Source: Minutocellus sp. GHC0000111 (Eukaryota). Taken from it: a DNA stretch of 64,000 bases. The notes beneath the pieces were generated by a model. It was not told the origin of the DNA. It saw only the letters and a list, made by a program, of their open reading frames with translations, and made no database searches. Shown in pieces: positions 1 through 12,856 of the stretch; position 1 is the stretch's first letter, and every line of letters begins with the position of its first letter. The DNA lies in the NCBI GenBank assembly GCA_977018835.1, contig OZ361257.1:4092001-4156000 (forward strand), given 5' to 3'. The translations under genes and the position numbers were made by a program.

Positions 1-192
1 AGGCTATTCTCGTGACCGTCGAGGCTATTCTGCTCAACATAATTACGTGAGTTTCTTCGGTGACAACATGGTCCCCATTGATACTTTGCCGCCTTCCGAC
101 GACGTCGGGGGCATATCTCTCCTGACTCTCCGGTGACGCCGGGGGTCATCACCAATATCTTCCTGCGACGCAGGGGATAAGTCCTGGTCGGG

Positions 193-2271
193 ATGCCCGA
201 CAACGATGGGAACACCGGCGTGCAGCAGCCCAAGCAGGAGCAGCAGCAGCAGCAGCCGAGCCGGGGCAAGAACAACAGCAGCCGCCGCGGTAACCGTCAA
301 CAGCAGGCTCAACGTCCGGCATACAAGTCCAAGGTCCCCGGACTGGAGTCCGCCATCTTCTCCGCCAGAGGAACGGCCGCGGGATTCAACAACAATGTCA
401 TCGCCATCGCCGACTATGTCGTCGGGACGGATACCAAGTACCAGTACGAGGTTGGAATGGCGATCCGCACCCGCTCGGCACAGACCATCACCGAGCCGGT
501 CGATCCGGGGAAGGATGCCAGCTCATCAGCGCTCAAGAAGTTCGAGATCCTGTTCAAAGAATGGGTGGTCCGGTCGGCCCGATACGGCGACCAACTCAAG
601 TCGGTCTTCCCACTCATCCTTGGGCAGTGCGACGACGACCTTCGTCATCGGATAAAAAACAGAGCGGATTTCAGCTCCATGGAGAGCAGCGGCGCATCAC
701 TCAGTCTTCTCTCCGCCATCGAGGAGGAGGGATACTCCCTGCATTCATCAGAATATCCAGTCCTTAACTACCTCAACGCCGTTGTGCGCATGCAGAGGAC
801 GCGAATGGACAAGGACGGCCGTATCACCATCGGCGAGCACATCGAGAACGTCCAGGCCGCCGAGGACCTCGTCGACCGGTCCGGCGGCAGTACTACCGGC
901 ATACCGCCCGCCCTCAAGATTCTACCGCCCGCGTATCAAGGGCTGTGTATGTTCTTCGTCAAAAGCGACCACCCAGACGATCAGCGCATTGAGATCTTCA
1001 ACCCAAGTGAGCCTACCGACGAGGAGATATCCCGGATATCAGCCCATGTCCGCGATGCTATCAAGGCAGCGTATCTTCTCTCCAGTCTCCCCAACGACAG
1101 ATATGGCAAGCTCAAGGAGGACCTGCACAACCAGTACGCGGCGGGGAATGACTCCTATTGCCGCAGCCCATCCAAGATGCAGAGCTACATCGTGAATTGG
1201 CGGAACAGAGCCGGCTCGAGGCCGGGACAGACGGTCGGCGGCCTCGCCTTCGCCACCGAGGGGCAGATCGACGACGACGATGCCAATGACACCGTCACCA
1301 ACGAGTATGTCTTCTACAACGACCAGGGCAAGCTCGTCCGATTGTGCTACATCTGCAAGAGCGACAAGCACCTGATGGACAAGTGCCCCGAACGCAAGGA
1401 CAAGAAGGGCAAGGCAGCCAAGTTCGAAGGAGAGGCCCACGCTCTCACCGGCGCCTTCTCCGGTATGGACGTCAACGACTACGAGGACCAGCCTTTCCCC
1501 GAGTTCTGCTTCCACCAGCATTCAACTATCCAAGCATCCTACGCCGACGCCCTCCACACCTCCGATCGTCCGACCGATATGTTACATCGGGATTGCCGTC
1601 GCAATGACGGTGTCCCTTCACTGGCTGAGGTTGGTGACGGGGGGGAGGAGCTGCACGTCACTGGCATGATTGCCGACGATGTCAACCACCCACAGCCGGA
1701 GGATCGGATCCTGCTCGACAGCCAATCGACCGTCGACGTATTCAAGAACCGCCGTCTTCTCAAGAATATCAGGCGTGCGACCGCCGTACTACATCTCAGC
1801 TGCAACGCTGGAGTCGTCGAGGTCCGCTTGGAGGGCGACTTGCCCGGCTACGGTACAGTGTGGTATTATCCTGAAGGGATTGCCAACATCCTCTCCCTCG
1901 CCAGGGTCGCCAACAAGAAGATCAAGGACAGCAAGGACAAGCTCTACCGCAACACGTACGACAGCGACGCCAGCAATGACTTCGTGGTAACGAACAAGAC
2001 GACCGGTAAGGTGCACAGGTTTGTGCGATGCCCACGGGGGCTCCACTATCTTGACACTCGCAAGCAGTCCATCGGCTCGGAGCCGGGCGAGGCCCATGTC
2101 AATACCGTAGCCGACAATAAATCTAGTTACACCAATCAGGCTTACACGAGAGCTCTCGCGGCCCGTAAGGTCCAGCACATCATTGGACTGCCCAGCACCA
2201 AAGATCTCAAACGATACCTCAAGAATGGCCTGCTGCCGAAATGCACCCGACATCAGCACCTCTGGAAGTGA
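193..2271 (+). mobile_element. Ty1/copia (CoDi-like) LTR retrotransposon gag-protease ORF, 3'-truncated at ~2246 before integrase/RT
   Basis: 692-aa ORF with CX2CX4HX4C zinc knuckle (CYICKSDKHLMDKC), aspartic protease motif ILLDSQST, and downstream GYGTVWY..IANILSL and GLHYLD..NTVADNK..Y..RA..AR..Q..IG.PS..DL motifs typical of diatom copia pol. Similarity stops abruptly after LLPKC. No LTR is recognisable in the window. Confidence 0.85.
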
Positions 2272-2647
2272 CGAGAAGAAGTCTGCTGGCACCGACTCCC
2301 CTCCCGAGTCCGACGAGAGCGGCACCAGGAAGCGTCAACACTCCGAGGACAACGAACCGGATGCCTCCAACAAGAAGGTTCGGGTCGTCGATCCCGCTGC
2401 ACTCGGAAGCAAGCCATGCATGTCCAAGCGTGACAGCGGCGAGCTATCCAGTGAGTCGAGCTGGACCAGCAGCAACGACGATGACAACAACGACGGCGGT
2501 GCCTACTTCTCTGGCATGTCCACTGCTAAGGGCCTCAGTGTTGTCAAGCAGCAACGCTCGTACAACTCTGAGGTGTCAAGCGTCAGTGCATCTGGCAGCG
2601 ACCGAGGCTCTGATGATGGACTCAGCAAGGAAGAGAACACCGCTTGA
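2250..2647 (+). pseudogene. Orphan 3' end of an unrelated low-complexity (Ser/Asp-rich) gene joined to the truncated copia
   Basis: Open frame 2183-2647 becomes S/D/E/K-rich with an NLS-like RKRQ..KKVR after ~2250 and is followed by an AT-rich 3'UTR-like tract. No own start codon. Confidence 0.35.
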
Positions 2648-2822
2648 TAGGCATGGCAACTTGCTTTTAGATGTCTGCGCTGCAGGTCAACATGATCATG
2701 TCATCTAGCGTTATACGTACATAATTACTACCTCTAGGAGACAATGTAGGAATCAATGCAAATGATTGTTACTTAGTGATGTTGTATTCGCCCCTCTCTA
2801 TGTGCCTTGCGCTCCTTTAAAT

Positions 2823-5628
2823 TTAATCAACCTTGACGTTCTGGAAGATGGTGCGAACGAACTTGCTGGCAGCAAAGTGTCCGACGGTGCCGCATAGCAA
2901 ACCGAGATTCAAAGCAATGAGACCCATGTATCCAAAGTAAAATGATGTTTGGAGGAAGCCATTCATTCCCGTTTTGAAGATGTAGTAGTAGACGCCGTAA
3001 AGGAAAACGTAGCCGGCGGTGCTGGCGCCCGATGCAAAGGCCGTCCACTGCCAGAGGTAGTTCTCGGCGTTGAGGCAGAAGTAGACCACGATAACGGTAG
3101 TCATGCATACTACGATCATTAGGATGGCATAGACGCCCAAGAGGAATCCATAGACGTGATAGTACTTGTAGTTCCAGAGCGAGGTGAGGATATAGTAGAG
3201 CTCAATGAAGATGGAACCGAATGAAAGAAGTCCAGCGAACGGGACAATGTTCTGGGGCTTGCCGTACCATGCAACGCCTTCGTCGGGTATCGGTCGAGGG
3301 ATGGCGTTGACGCGGCAGGGGAAATGCTCTCCGGCGGGCTTGCCCTTGCCGCCGGCGGCAAGTTTGGCATGGCGGCCAAGGAGGGTGCCAAAGATCGTCA
3401 AGGGTACCGACATGAAGATATAGATAAGGAACACCTTGAGGATGACCATGAAGGGAATGTACGAGATGGTTCCGTAGACCAGAGAGATGAAATTGAGCGC
3501 CGAAAGAATTGCCGCCATAATCGTAGGGAGAAGAACGACGGTAAGGAACATAGTCGCCTGCCACATGGAGGTGCCGGTGGGCATGGGCACGTCCGAAGAA
3601 CCACTTCCGCTCTTGCCGCGAGGGTTGGTGGTGGCGTAGTATCGCTTGAAATACGAGCCGGACATGTATCCGGCAACGATTGACGAGAAGACGTAGCACC
3701 ACAGAATGGAGTGCAACACCTCGCCACGCTCCTCGTGGACGGCGCCATGGAGGGAACCAAGGCAGGCGTAGAGGATAACTCCGAAAGTAAGGACAACGAG
3801 CTGCCATCCGGTACCCAGCAAGGCGGCGAACAGGGGCAGCAACCTCGGTGCTCTGAAAACATCGCCATGGACCTGCTTCCAGCCACTCTCTTCCGTGCCA
3901 GGGCCGGGAACAAGCGGCTTGCCATTGTCGTCGTACTCATCCTCATCACCACCGAGCTCCAGATCATGTCCCATGGAGTACTTGGCATAGTCCTTCCGCA
4001 ACGTTCGGAGCAGAATCAAAGCGACCAATCCCGTCAGGAACATGACCATCATGAACGAGTTGAAAATGCTGAACCAATGGATCTGGTGCTTGAAGAAGGC
4101 GTGGTCCAAATACCGATCGAAGCGGGAGTGGAACTGCGCCGTGGTCTTCTGCCACTTGATGAACACGCGGAATTTGAGCGACACGCCGGGCTTGACCTCA
4201 ACCAACGAGGCCGGATCGGACGTCAGATCGACCTTGATGACGCGGTTGCCGTTGTAGTCGACGGTCAGGGTCCGCTCGGTGTACACGTAGGGCTTCAAGT
4301 CGGCATTGCTGGCATCTCCGGCGGCCATGTGCGCGGCGGCCTCCTCCTCCAGCTTGTTGAAGTCGCTCTCGGCCGCGCCACCAGCCGCCGCCTGAGCCCC
4401 TGCGTTGGCGGGGAGCATCTCGCCGACCATGCCCCAGATGGGCAGATCGTCCAGATACATCTGATAGAACCACTGATCCTCGGCGGCCTTGGTAAAGGCA
4501 GCGGCCTGCTCCTCCGACAAGGGTTTGGTAGTGCATTCCTCCACGACGGGGGTCGAACCGGCAGCGGTGTCGGACCCAAAGGTCAGATCGTGGCCGGTGT
4601 GGCGGAGGGAATGACCTCCGAGGGCCTCGCCGAGGTAGGTCGATTTCAAAGTGTTGAACAAACCCGAAGATCCCGTCTCCGGATGGTGCTCCGTATCAGG
4701 AGCACAGTACGGCAGTGTGTAGTATTCATATGCCTCCTGGGGATTGGCATACGGTCCAACCTGCATTATTGTGAGATGAAAGATGCGACAGAGAAGTGTG
4801 AGAACAAGGCATGATTCCGGGAGTCGAAAAAACAGAGAGGAAACTCCCATCCCATTCCATGCGTGCATATGATACATATTTCATCAGCATATATATCTGA
4901 TTCGATTCCTTCTCTTCAAAATGCCATCAAAAGCGGGAGGGCCAAGAACATGTTGCATCCACATTTGCTGAGTTATCGACCAAACAAATGGGAATTCCAC
5001 GAAGCTTTGCCGCTGATGACAAGCGACACATGATGTGCTGTTTTCCTTCCTGACAAGCCAGCGCGACGCAGGACACGATAAGCCAGTGGCATCCCTCGCC
5101 TATCAATCAACACTGCCGAAAAGCACATGCATGCATTGGACATTGGTCTCGTCGTGCTAGTCCAAGTCGTAGTCATTCGTATCTTTGAATCGCCTCGAAG
5201 CGCCAAAGCCGAAACGCAGCATGTGTTATTCAGCGATACCCTGCTGTGTATAATCATTCAACCATCGTCAGTGGCAGTCTGACCGAGTAAATGCCTACCA
5301 AACGCAATTCCCTTTCTTCCTCATCGTTCTCTCCCCTTTGCCTGCCACTCCAGCACATCTTATGCCCAGATATCCGTTGATCGTGTCTGTACCAAAAGTA
5401 CCGGATTCTACGGAAATTGCCCGCCGAAAAACTCCAACGAAACAGTAAAAACCGAGCATGTTTTGTGTTTGCTCCCTCCGCGATTGTTTGGTATCGCACC
5501 TTGGACACCCAAAGCTCGACCTTGTGGCCCTTCTGGTACGACTTTCCCGCCGCCTCGGCGGTGGGTATTTGGTGCGTGGCGACCAGAGCCGCGGCGGCCA
5601 GGGCCGTCGCTGCGAGGGGTCGGACCAT
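2823..5628 (-). CDS. Transmembrane 9 superfamily (nonaspanin/EMP70) protein; exons 5628-5500 and 4760-2823
   Basis: Signal peptide then ...VELWVSK|VGPYANPQEAYEYY across a GTGCGA...TGCAG intron (5499-4761). Hallmark motifs: YLDDLPIWG, HQIHWFSIFNS, EESGWKQVHGDVFR, FPCRVNAIPRPIP, C-terminal KVD. Confidence 0.95.
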
Positions 5629-5983
5629 CGTTGCCTGATGCTGCTTCGCTCAAAAATGACGAGAACGCTGCTGGAGGGAGGCGTATTTCGAAACGATGCA
5701 AAAGTGACGTGTAGCTGAGCGTAGGAGGAAATCCACAAAAAGCGCGTGTACTTTTAGCCTGCAAGCGGCACAATTCACATGATGAGTTGACACCACAAAA
5801 GATACGAGGACGGAATCAACCGCGTGGATCCCTCTCCAGAACCTCCGTCGTTAGATGCTTGAACACTTGTTGAGCTTTTGCAATAGTTGCACTTATCCAG
5901 ATAAAGGTTGCTATCTACGTAGCTAGGACCGGTCCTACAGATACCTTTCCCCAACAATCAAAAGCATCTTACTAATCATTACG

Positions 5984-7200
5984 ATGCTTCGACTTCTTTT
6001 TCTCAATCTGCTCCTTCTCGCCCCAGGGGGCGCGGTGGTCTCTGGGCATCGACGGCTGCTGGCCCCGATATCTGTCGGCGTCCGATCTTCTGCCATACGT
6101 AGTCAGCCTCGAGGCGCCGCGGCCGCAAGTACTGCCATGATGCCGTCCAGGTCGTCCATCAGGTACAAAGGCGATCTGCTGCTGCCCATCTCGAGAGGAG
6201 GGGGCGATGATGCTGCCAGCACTGCCGATGCCGGAAGTACAAGTACGAGCACACCAAGTCGTCCCAAGGGACTGAAATATCTGCGCTTGGCCTACACTGC
6301 TACCGGAGTTGCCACGGCGGCCGCATGGAGCACCATGGTCTACACAACGATTCGAAGCAACCAGCCCCCCGGGGCCATGATGCCCTGCTGGCAGCACGGG
6401 GTATTTGCCCGGATCGGGGCCATGTCGGCGGCAGGTCTCATCGGCGGCTGCTTTGCCAGCCTGGCCGCTACGGCCTCAAGGGCCACGTCGTGGGAGGATC
6501 TGGGCACGAGCAAATCCTGCCTTCGGCACAACCTGGCCCTCGTGACTACCGGGGTCGCCAGCTCTTTTGTGGGTGCGCTTCGCGGAACAAATTACCAAGA
6601 TTCCTGGATCCACGCCTCTCGCGTCACATCAGGTGTACAGCGGTACCATGCAAGCCAAGCTAATTGCGTGCTACGGCTCCGCTGCCATCCTGGGTGCCGC
6701 TGTCTGGGTCCGTTCCCTCCCCGACGAAGCACGGCGTCAACCCCTCACCTGGCCGCGCCGTGTCGTGGATGGGGTGTCCAGATCCCTCCTTAGCATCGCC
6801 CCCGCAAGCATCGACGATCCCGTGCAGGTCAAGTACAGCCTTCTCACTTCGTCGTTCCTAATCTTCACAGCCATGCAGACCTTGTGTAACATGCCCATCG
6901 CAGTCATCCCCAGCTGGACCAGCCGCAGACTGTCGAGGGCGTTCCCCATCTACACCTTCTTGGGGGCAGTGACGTGTTTCGATTTGAAGGAAGCGGCGGA
7001 AGATGGACAAATTCTCGTGGATGACAACTACCGCGCCTTGTCCAAGGGCGTCAAGACCTTCGGTGGGCTGTACCTTGGTGCCAGGGCGGGAGCTGTGCTG
7101 TTCGATCCGTCCTTCCCAAAACATTTCGGATCAGGTACCCGGCCTAGCCGCTGCTGCCATTGGCATGGTCGCGTTGACGCTTCGATCCGATAAGAAATGA
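5984..7200 (+). CDS. Signal-peptide-bearing multi-pass membrane protein of unknown function, split by two apparent 1-bp frameshifts (~6566, ~7130)
   Basis: Hydrophobic N-terminus. Overlapping ORFs 5984-6793, 6567-7193 and 7003-7200 read as one continuous hydrophobic protein if frames are switched at a TTTT run (~6565) and near 7130. Confidence 0.6.
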
Positions 7201-7719
7201 CGTAGATTACATGCAGTGAGTGTGGCATGATAATATCCTGTTGCTTCACATCTAAAATTTATTTTGGTCTGAGATTAATCCTCTTGCATGAATACCAATG
7301 GCATAGGCAATTGCGCGACCTGCTGATTTCTGGTCATGTTCATTATCCAATTGTAGTATGGACTGAGATTAAGCAAACAAAGTCGTCTTACTACAGGTGC
7401 TATCCATAGATGATGTCTTAATATATATGGTGTTGGGTATACATTAAAGTGTTGTTGTTGTTGTGTTTGTGGTTACTTCTTGTGACATCGGCCTCAATCC
7501 CTCGTGAAGGTCAACGGCCACAGCAACAACGCAAAAAATGCTGATTTTTACAGCTCTCCACCACCAGTACTTCCCACACCGCAACCAACGATTCTTTGAG
7601 GTGATACAATACTTTGCAGTACCACAGAAAGCACTTTGATATCCTTCCTGTGTAATGAGCGTGCTTTCTTGTCACTAATAAGCATGACCATTTGTCTTGG
7701 TGGACGCCACAGATAATTC

Positions 7720-9310
7720 TTCTCCAGCGACCCCACGAAATGCTAATGCTACTCAAAAAGGACCAACCTCGGCCAAAAGCCACCGAAACTTACCATCATT
7801 GCTTCCCTTTGTATACCAACTAAGCAACGATCTTGAATCAATTGAGCAGCCGTGCAGTAATCTGACCAAAACTACCCCCATTTCTTCATTCTGACTCCTC
7901 CTGAGCTCTCTGAGGCACCAAATTCTGGGTCAAATTCCACTCTAGAAGCATGCACGTCTCTTGGAAGTGGCTAGAATCGGCTGCAAACGGTCTGAACTCG
8001 CCGATATGTGTTGGGAGGCAAGTCAAAAGGGCTCGGTATGCCTCTGAATCAAGTTTCACGTCGATTTGCTCCGACGTCAGCTCTGGAAATCAATGCACGT
8101 CTGAACGTTTCCGTTCTTGAAAGGTCTAAAGGAACTGTCCAGAATGGGCCCAGAACGGCTAGAAAGGGCACGGAATGCACCCAAAGGCAGAACAAGGCAC
8201 CGGAGCTTGCTTGAGTCCAGTTCCAGTAGGGTTCTAGGACACTTCTGGCACGTTGGGCAGCCCTTGCGCGACACATGATAATCAAAAGATATTCTGCTAT
8301 CATAGCAACTGATTATAAATGGCACTGGGCGCCATTTGATATCCCCCAGCTATACTCATTGTGATATCTCGTCATGTGGTAGCAGCACTAGTATCTGTTG
8401 GTCTGTTGGAAGAGAGCGAAAATTTGCCGCTGACCCCCACGAAGAATCCCCGTATGACCATCAAATCATCAAGATTTGCAGCAAACCAGCGAAACTTTTC
8501 ATAAGAGGACGCCTCATACCATAGCTTGGCAGGGATAATAAGCCACAGCACCTATGGTCGACCGTTGGTACCAAACAGCTCCCGAAATGGCTCAGAAATT
8601 TCTCCGCGAAAGGCCGAGAAACGAAAAAGAGTGATTTCTGAGATTTCTGAGGCCACCGTGATGTGATGCCAATGCTTGCCACACCGCCACCGAGTTCATA
8701 TTTAAAGGCCAACAATCCATCAATGATATCAGTCGTCACCATTTGATGTGCTCCAGCTGTATTGATTGTGAATCTATGTCTTCTAGTACCAGCATGGAGT
8801 TCACCGTGAATTCATGCTGGAGCGTCAACGACCGTCCCGAAGAATCCTTATCTAGTAGGCCTCAAACTACCAACATTTGCACCAACCCTGCGTAACTTTC
8901 CATAAAGTAGCTATCCTATACTATCTCAACGCGATGATGATAATCTACAGCAGCAACCTTCCCACAAAATATCCCTACTATCCCCATTTCGCTTAAAAAT
9001 TACCGCCTCGAGGAGAAAAAAAGAAAATCATGACAAATTTCATGTCGTTTTTATCTCGAATTCCCATCCATACCAGTATGATGGATATTTCATGAGCATA
9101 TATGTCGCTCAGGTATACCAAGGGTCGCAGTTTTATGCCCTTCCCGTGCAGTAGTTGTAGGTGATTGTTGTACAGTATCAAAATTGGAATTTGGAATCAG
9201 CAGCCCGCGATTTCTGGCATCGACCTCCACGAAACATTCAGACACTCACTCAATCACCAATCCTTGGAGCAACCCCGCGAAACTTTCCATCAATGAGCCG
9301 CCTCATATCA
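7720..9310. repeat. Diverged direct repeats (~90-bp core gacc(c)cacgaa...caa-ccc-gcgaaactttccat), ~400-bp spacing
   Basis: Core visible at ~7725-7800, ~8430-8520, ~8830-8910 and ~9220-9310. Upstream motif ccatttgat..ccagct..tgattgtga at ~8330 and ~8738. Confidence 0.5.
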
Positions 9311-11349
9311 TATGTAGATAGCAATAAGGTATTGGTGTAGTGAATGGACGCGCATGATCCCAAACTATCGTCATGTTGGTAATTTGGACCCTCCAAAAGA
9401 ATAAAACAGGAGACAGTTTGGCCGAACTATCGACCCAACAGCTAGAAGAATGCTACCGGACATCAGCGTGGGTACATACCGTCCGAGTGGAAGCCACGCT
9501 ATCGTCGATTTGGCCTTGATGGGCATGCCTCTTGTGAAAGTGGTATCGCGGTGGAGAAGTTGAGGAGAATTGAGGAGAGTTGGTTTTACTTGTCATTGTG
9601 AGCGAATGCAAGGGGTTGCCAACACAAACTCAACAACCAACACATGCACTTCCGTTCTTTAGTACATACCTTGGCATGGCCGAACGAGAATCATCACCTC
9701 TCTGTCCAATTTCAGGAATTATTGTACCTAATCTGGTTTTAGCGCACGCTCCAACACCGGAAAATTTTCGGCAGATGCACAAAGCCCCAACAAAAAGGTC
9801 CACTTGCTGGCACTCAAACCACAGAAGAAGCACATCAATTGCTCAAGTAGTGTCATGGTAGCGAAATATCAAAAGTTGTATAGACACTCTCAGCGGATTA
9901 ATTCGAGCAATAAGGCCACATCGACATTGGGGACCGTTTTTGCGACGAATGATAATTGTTATTTTCGGGAGGATGAGGTCAGTTTTGCGACTGTTGCGCA
10001 CCCGAACTCGATAACACTGCCATTTCGTCGCCCCTTGCAAGCACCAAACTTGCCTATCATGTCTGCGAAAGTGGGCAATCTCCCATTTGATCGACGAAGT
10101 CGTTACTTTTCTGTGCAATTGTAGCCGTGGTGGAGGTCGAGGTCGGCAGGTGAAAAGTGCTAAAAGTCGATTTTCGTCAAATTCAGGAATGAGAGGCTCA
10201 GAATGAAGCCTCACCGGCCAAGGCATTTATACAGAAAAGAGATGCTGAGTCGAGGATTGTGGTTGCACACCATCTTGGTGGTCCTCTAGGCACAGCATTG
10301 TGATGGTGGAGGGAAATGTGAGAAATGGCACAGAGCCCACGGGCTTCGGGAGATATCCGGGTTATTTTTACTCAAATTTCCGGGTTCTCATCGAGGCACA
10401 ACATGTGTTGAATTGGAAGATACGGCTGGTTCCCACTGTCATTCCTCCTCTGCTGCCGCCCGTTGCCTCCCTCCATAACGCTCCAGCAATGATTGAAATG
10501 AATGACGGGGTAGATGGGCAAGGTAGTGCCATGTCTCACGCCCAAAAGGCAGGCAGGCAAGCAAGCAAGCGACACACAGGACGATGATGAAGAATGAGGC
10601 TGCTGAGCTGGCTGCTGGCACTGAACGAGTTGGCGCCATCATCAGCACGCTCTCCGAGGGCACTTCGTGATTGCTACGAAGTGGAGAGGCCGACAACAGA
10701 CTGGCACCGTCTAACATGCATGTAGATCTTGAATCGAGCACTCAATCTCTGCCGGCACTGCCGGTCGGTGCTAGAGATCTAGACGACGCGCCCATGTCTA
10801 CCACAAGCCAATTTTTATGTTGTTGCCGGTGGGTTTTCATTGTTATTGGAAGAAAGACGAAGCGGTGGCCATTGTAAATCCGTTGTTGCAGGTCTCCCAG
10901 TCTTTTTTCAGCACAAAAAACAAAATGACACCTCATGTAAACATGTGTCTGCATGACAAGTGGCATCAGCTAGCTAGCTAGTAGGATCAAGACATAGCTA
11001 GATCTAGATCTACACATAAGTGCGCATGACTGTTAGATGTCTGCATTGTTATGTAAACTGTTACACAAATGCATGGATCTAACCCAAAATTTCACATTGC
11101 TCTGCACTGTACAACTTGACGGCCAAGTGCATCACTGCGCAACAAGCTTGCGATCATCCCCTTGGCCGAAATCAACAATTCATGTGCGTCCCAGACGTGT
11201 CTCTGCTCTGCACAAAATGACAGCAAGTTCTGGATTCGCCATGTACAAATGCATTGGCAACATCCAATCAGCCAAGATAGGAAGTAAATGCTGCAAGCAC
11301 TTCTCTCCCAGCACAAACAAACCTCATGCACGCCGCTCAAAGCTCAGCG

Positions 11350-11530
11350 TTGTAGTTTGAAGTTGCACTTGTCGACGTATCGGCCGAGAGGGAAGACAAG
11401 ACGCAGGGCGCTTTATGTTTGTGCTCACAGGTTGCGTAAAAAGAAGGAGGACAACCACCCGAAATTCTCTGGACCGGAGGGACAGAAGGTGCACGAGAAA
11501 AGAAATCCCGATGAAGTTCTGTTCTCTGGG
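11350..11530 (+). mobile_element. Internal fragment of mariner-like element B (copy B0)
   Basis: Near-identical to ~18017-18197 (ttgtagtttgaagttgcacttgtcgacg...gttctgttctctggg). Confidence 0.9.
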
Positions 11531-11831
11531 TGGCGACGAATGTGATGACGACTTAGGTGATATGCACTTTGGGGAAAATCCATTCGCCGGTTCCCGCGTG
11601 AGGCAGAGCGGCAACATGGCCAACGATTTGTTTGTCAAGAATCGATGGATGTTTGGAGGTATATTTGGTGGTGCTGAGCAGACGACATCATCGACTAGCA
11701 TTAGCAAGAAGCGCAAGGAGAAGGAGGAGGATGTGGATGAAGAACCGCCAAAGAAGAAGAACAAGAAGAAGAAGAAGAGCAAGAAATCCAAGGGCGGCAA
11801 CACAAAGAAGTGGAATCCAGCCTTGATATGA
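11527..11831 (+). pseudogene. Duplicated last ~100 codons of the MYND/MSS51-like gene (36649-38031)
   Basis: Reverse complement of 36649-36953 (GGDE.DDDLGDM.FGENPF...KKWNPALI) with Y->C and Y->H changes. Confidence 0.9.
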
Positions 11832-12856
11832 ATAAGTAGATTGGGAAATAGTAAAGCGACCAAAACACCGACTTGACCTTTCGCCACAGGGTTCTCTCTT
11901 ACATGTAGGGCATGCAGGTTGCTTTCTCACCACGCACCACCACGGTTGCTATGCTAACGACGCTCCCAATGTCCGAGAAATGATGCGCATGAAAAGCCTC
12001 CCGAACGCCCATCACCAAAAATGGCGGGAGCGGTTTTCGAAGGGCCTCTCCAGCGACTTCCTGACAAAGGCGTGGTGTCAACGGCTCCTTGCATGCAGCC
12101 ACCCGAACCAACGAGCTCCACCATTCCTCCGATTGATCATAAATCAACAACGCATCTCCATCTCAACCAGTCTAATCACAGGAAAGCACGTTTGCCCCAC
12201 TCCAAAAGTGAAAGTAGAAAATGAAGCTTGCAGCCATCCTCCTCCCCGCCATCCTCTTTAGTGTTGGGTTCGCAGCCGAGTACGAGGTCGCGGACAGCAG
12301 CATCAGGGACCCGGTTTTCGGGTCTTTGGGCAAAATCTCATAAAAATCAGCACAAACGCACGCAGCTTGCAGCATTTATTTGCTATCATCCTGTCTTCAA
12401 GATGGCGGTGACGGCAGTGCCGACGGCATCCGCTTCACGCAAGGGACAAGCGTGGTGTCTCCAGAACGGGTTGGTCCTTGACCTTGGACCGACTCGGAGA
12501 TATCGATTTCATCTTCCCATGCCAGCGTCTGGCCGATTCACCCCATCCATCGCCCCTCCCGACTTCTGCCAGTTTTTCCGATGACAACCGGTCACCTCCT
12601 CCACCTCCCGACCCCACCACCACCTCCCAAATGCATTGATTCAAGTAGCCATGTGGTTTGAGCTCCGATGTCGGTCTCCATGGTCCCCATAATGGCGCAT
12701 CTTATGCGGTCCGGGTGACCCCGCGCCAAAATCGAGCGGGCCAAAAAAATCATCACCCGCCCGGCGCGCCCGCCACTCAATGAAACCTTCCTCATTTCCA
12801 ACCCACCCGACACACAAACTGTTGCTCTACTGCCACAAAACACTGCATCCAACACC

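Noticed and set aside
3202..4814. Long overlapping/antisense ORFs (e.g. 3711-4814, 42875-43696, 49252-49959)
   Set aside because: Shadow frames of GC3-rich real genes, with no motifs.
7720..9310. CRISPR-like array
   Set aside because: Repeats are long, highly diverged and irregularly spaced, the context is eukaryotic, and there are no cas genes.
9400..10900. Possible genes or TE ends in this tract
   Set aside because: Only short ORFs without motifs, and no matching TIR pair could be found by eye.
11415..11831. Functional transposase-host chimeric gene
   Set aside because: The B fragment is read out of its native frame, has no evident promoter, and the host part carries Y->C/H changes.
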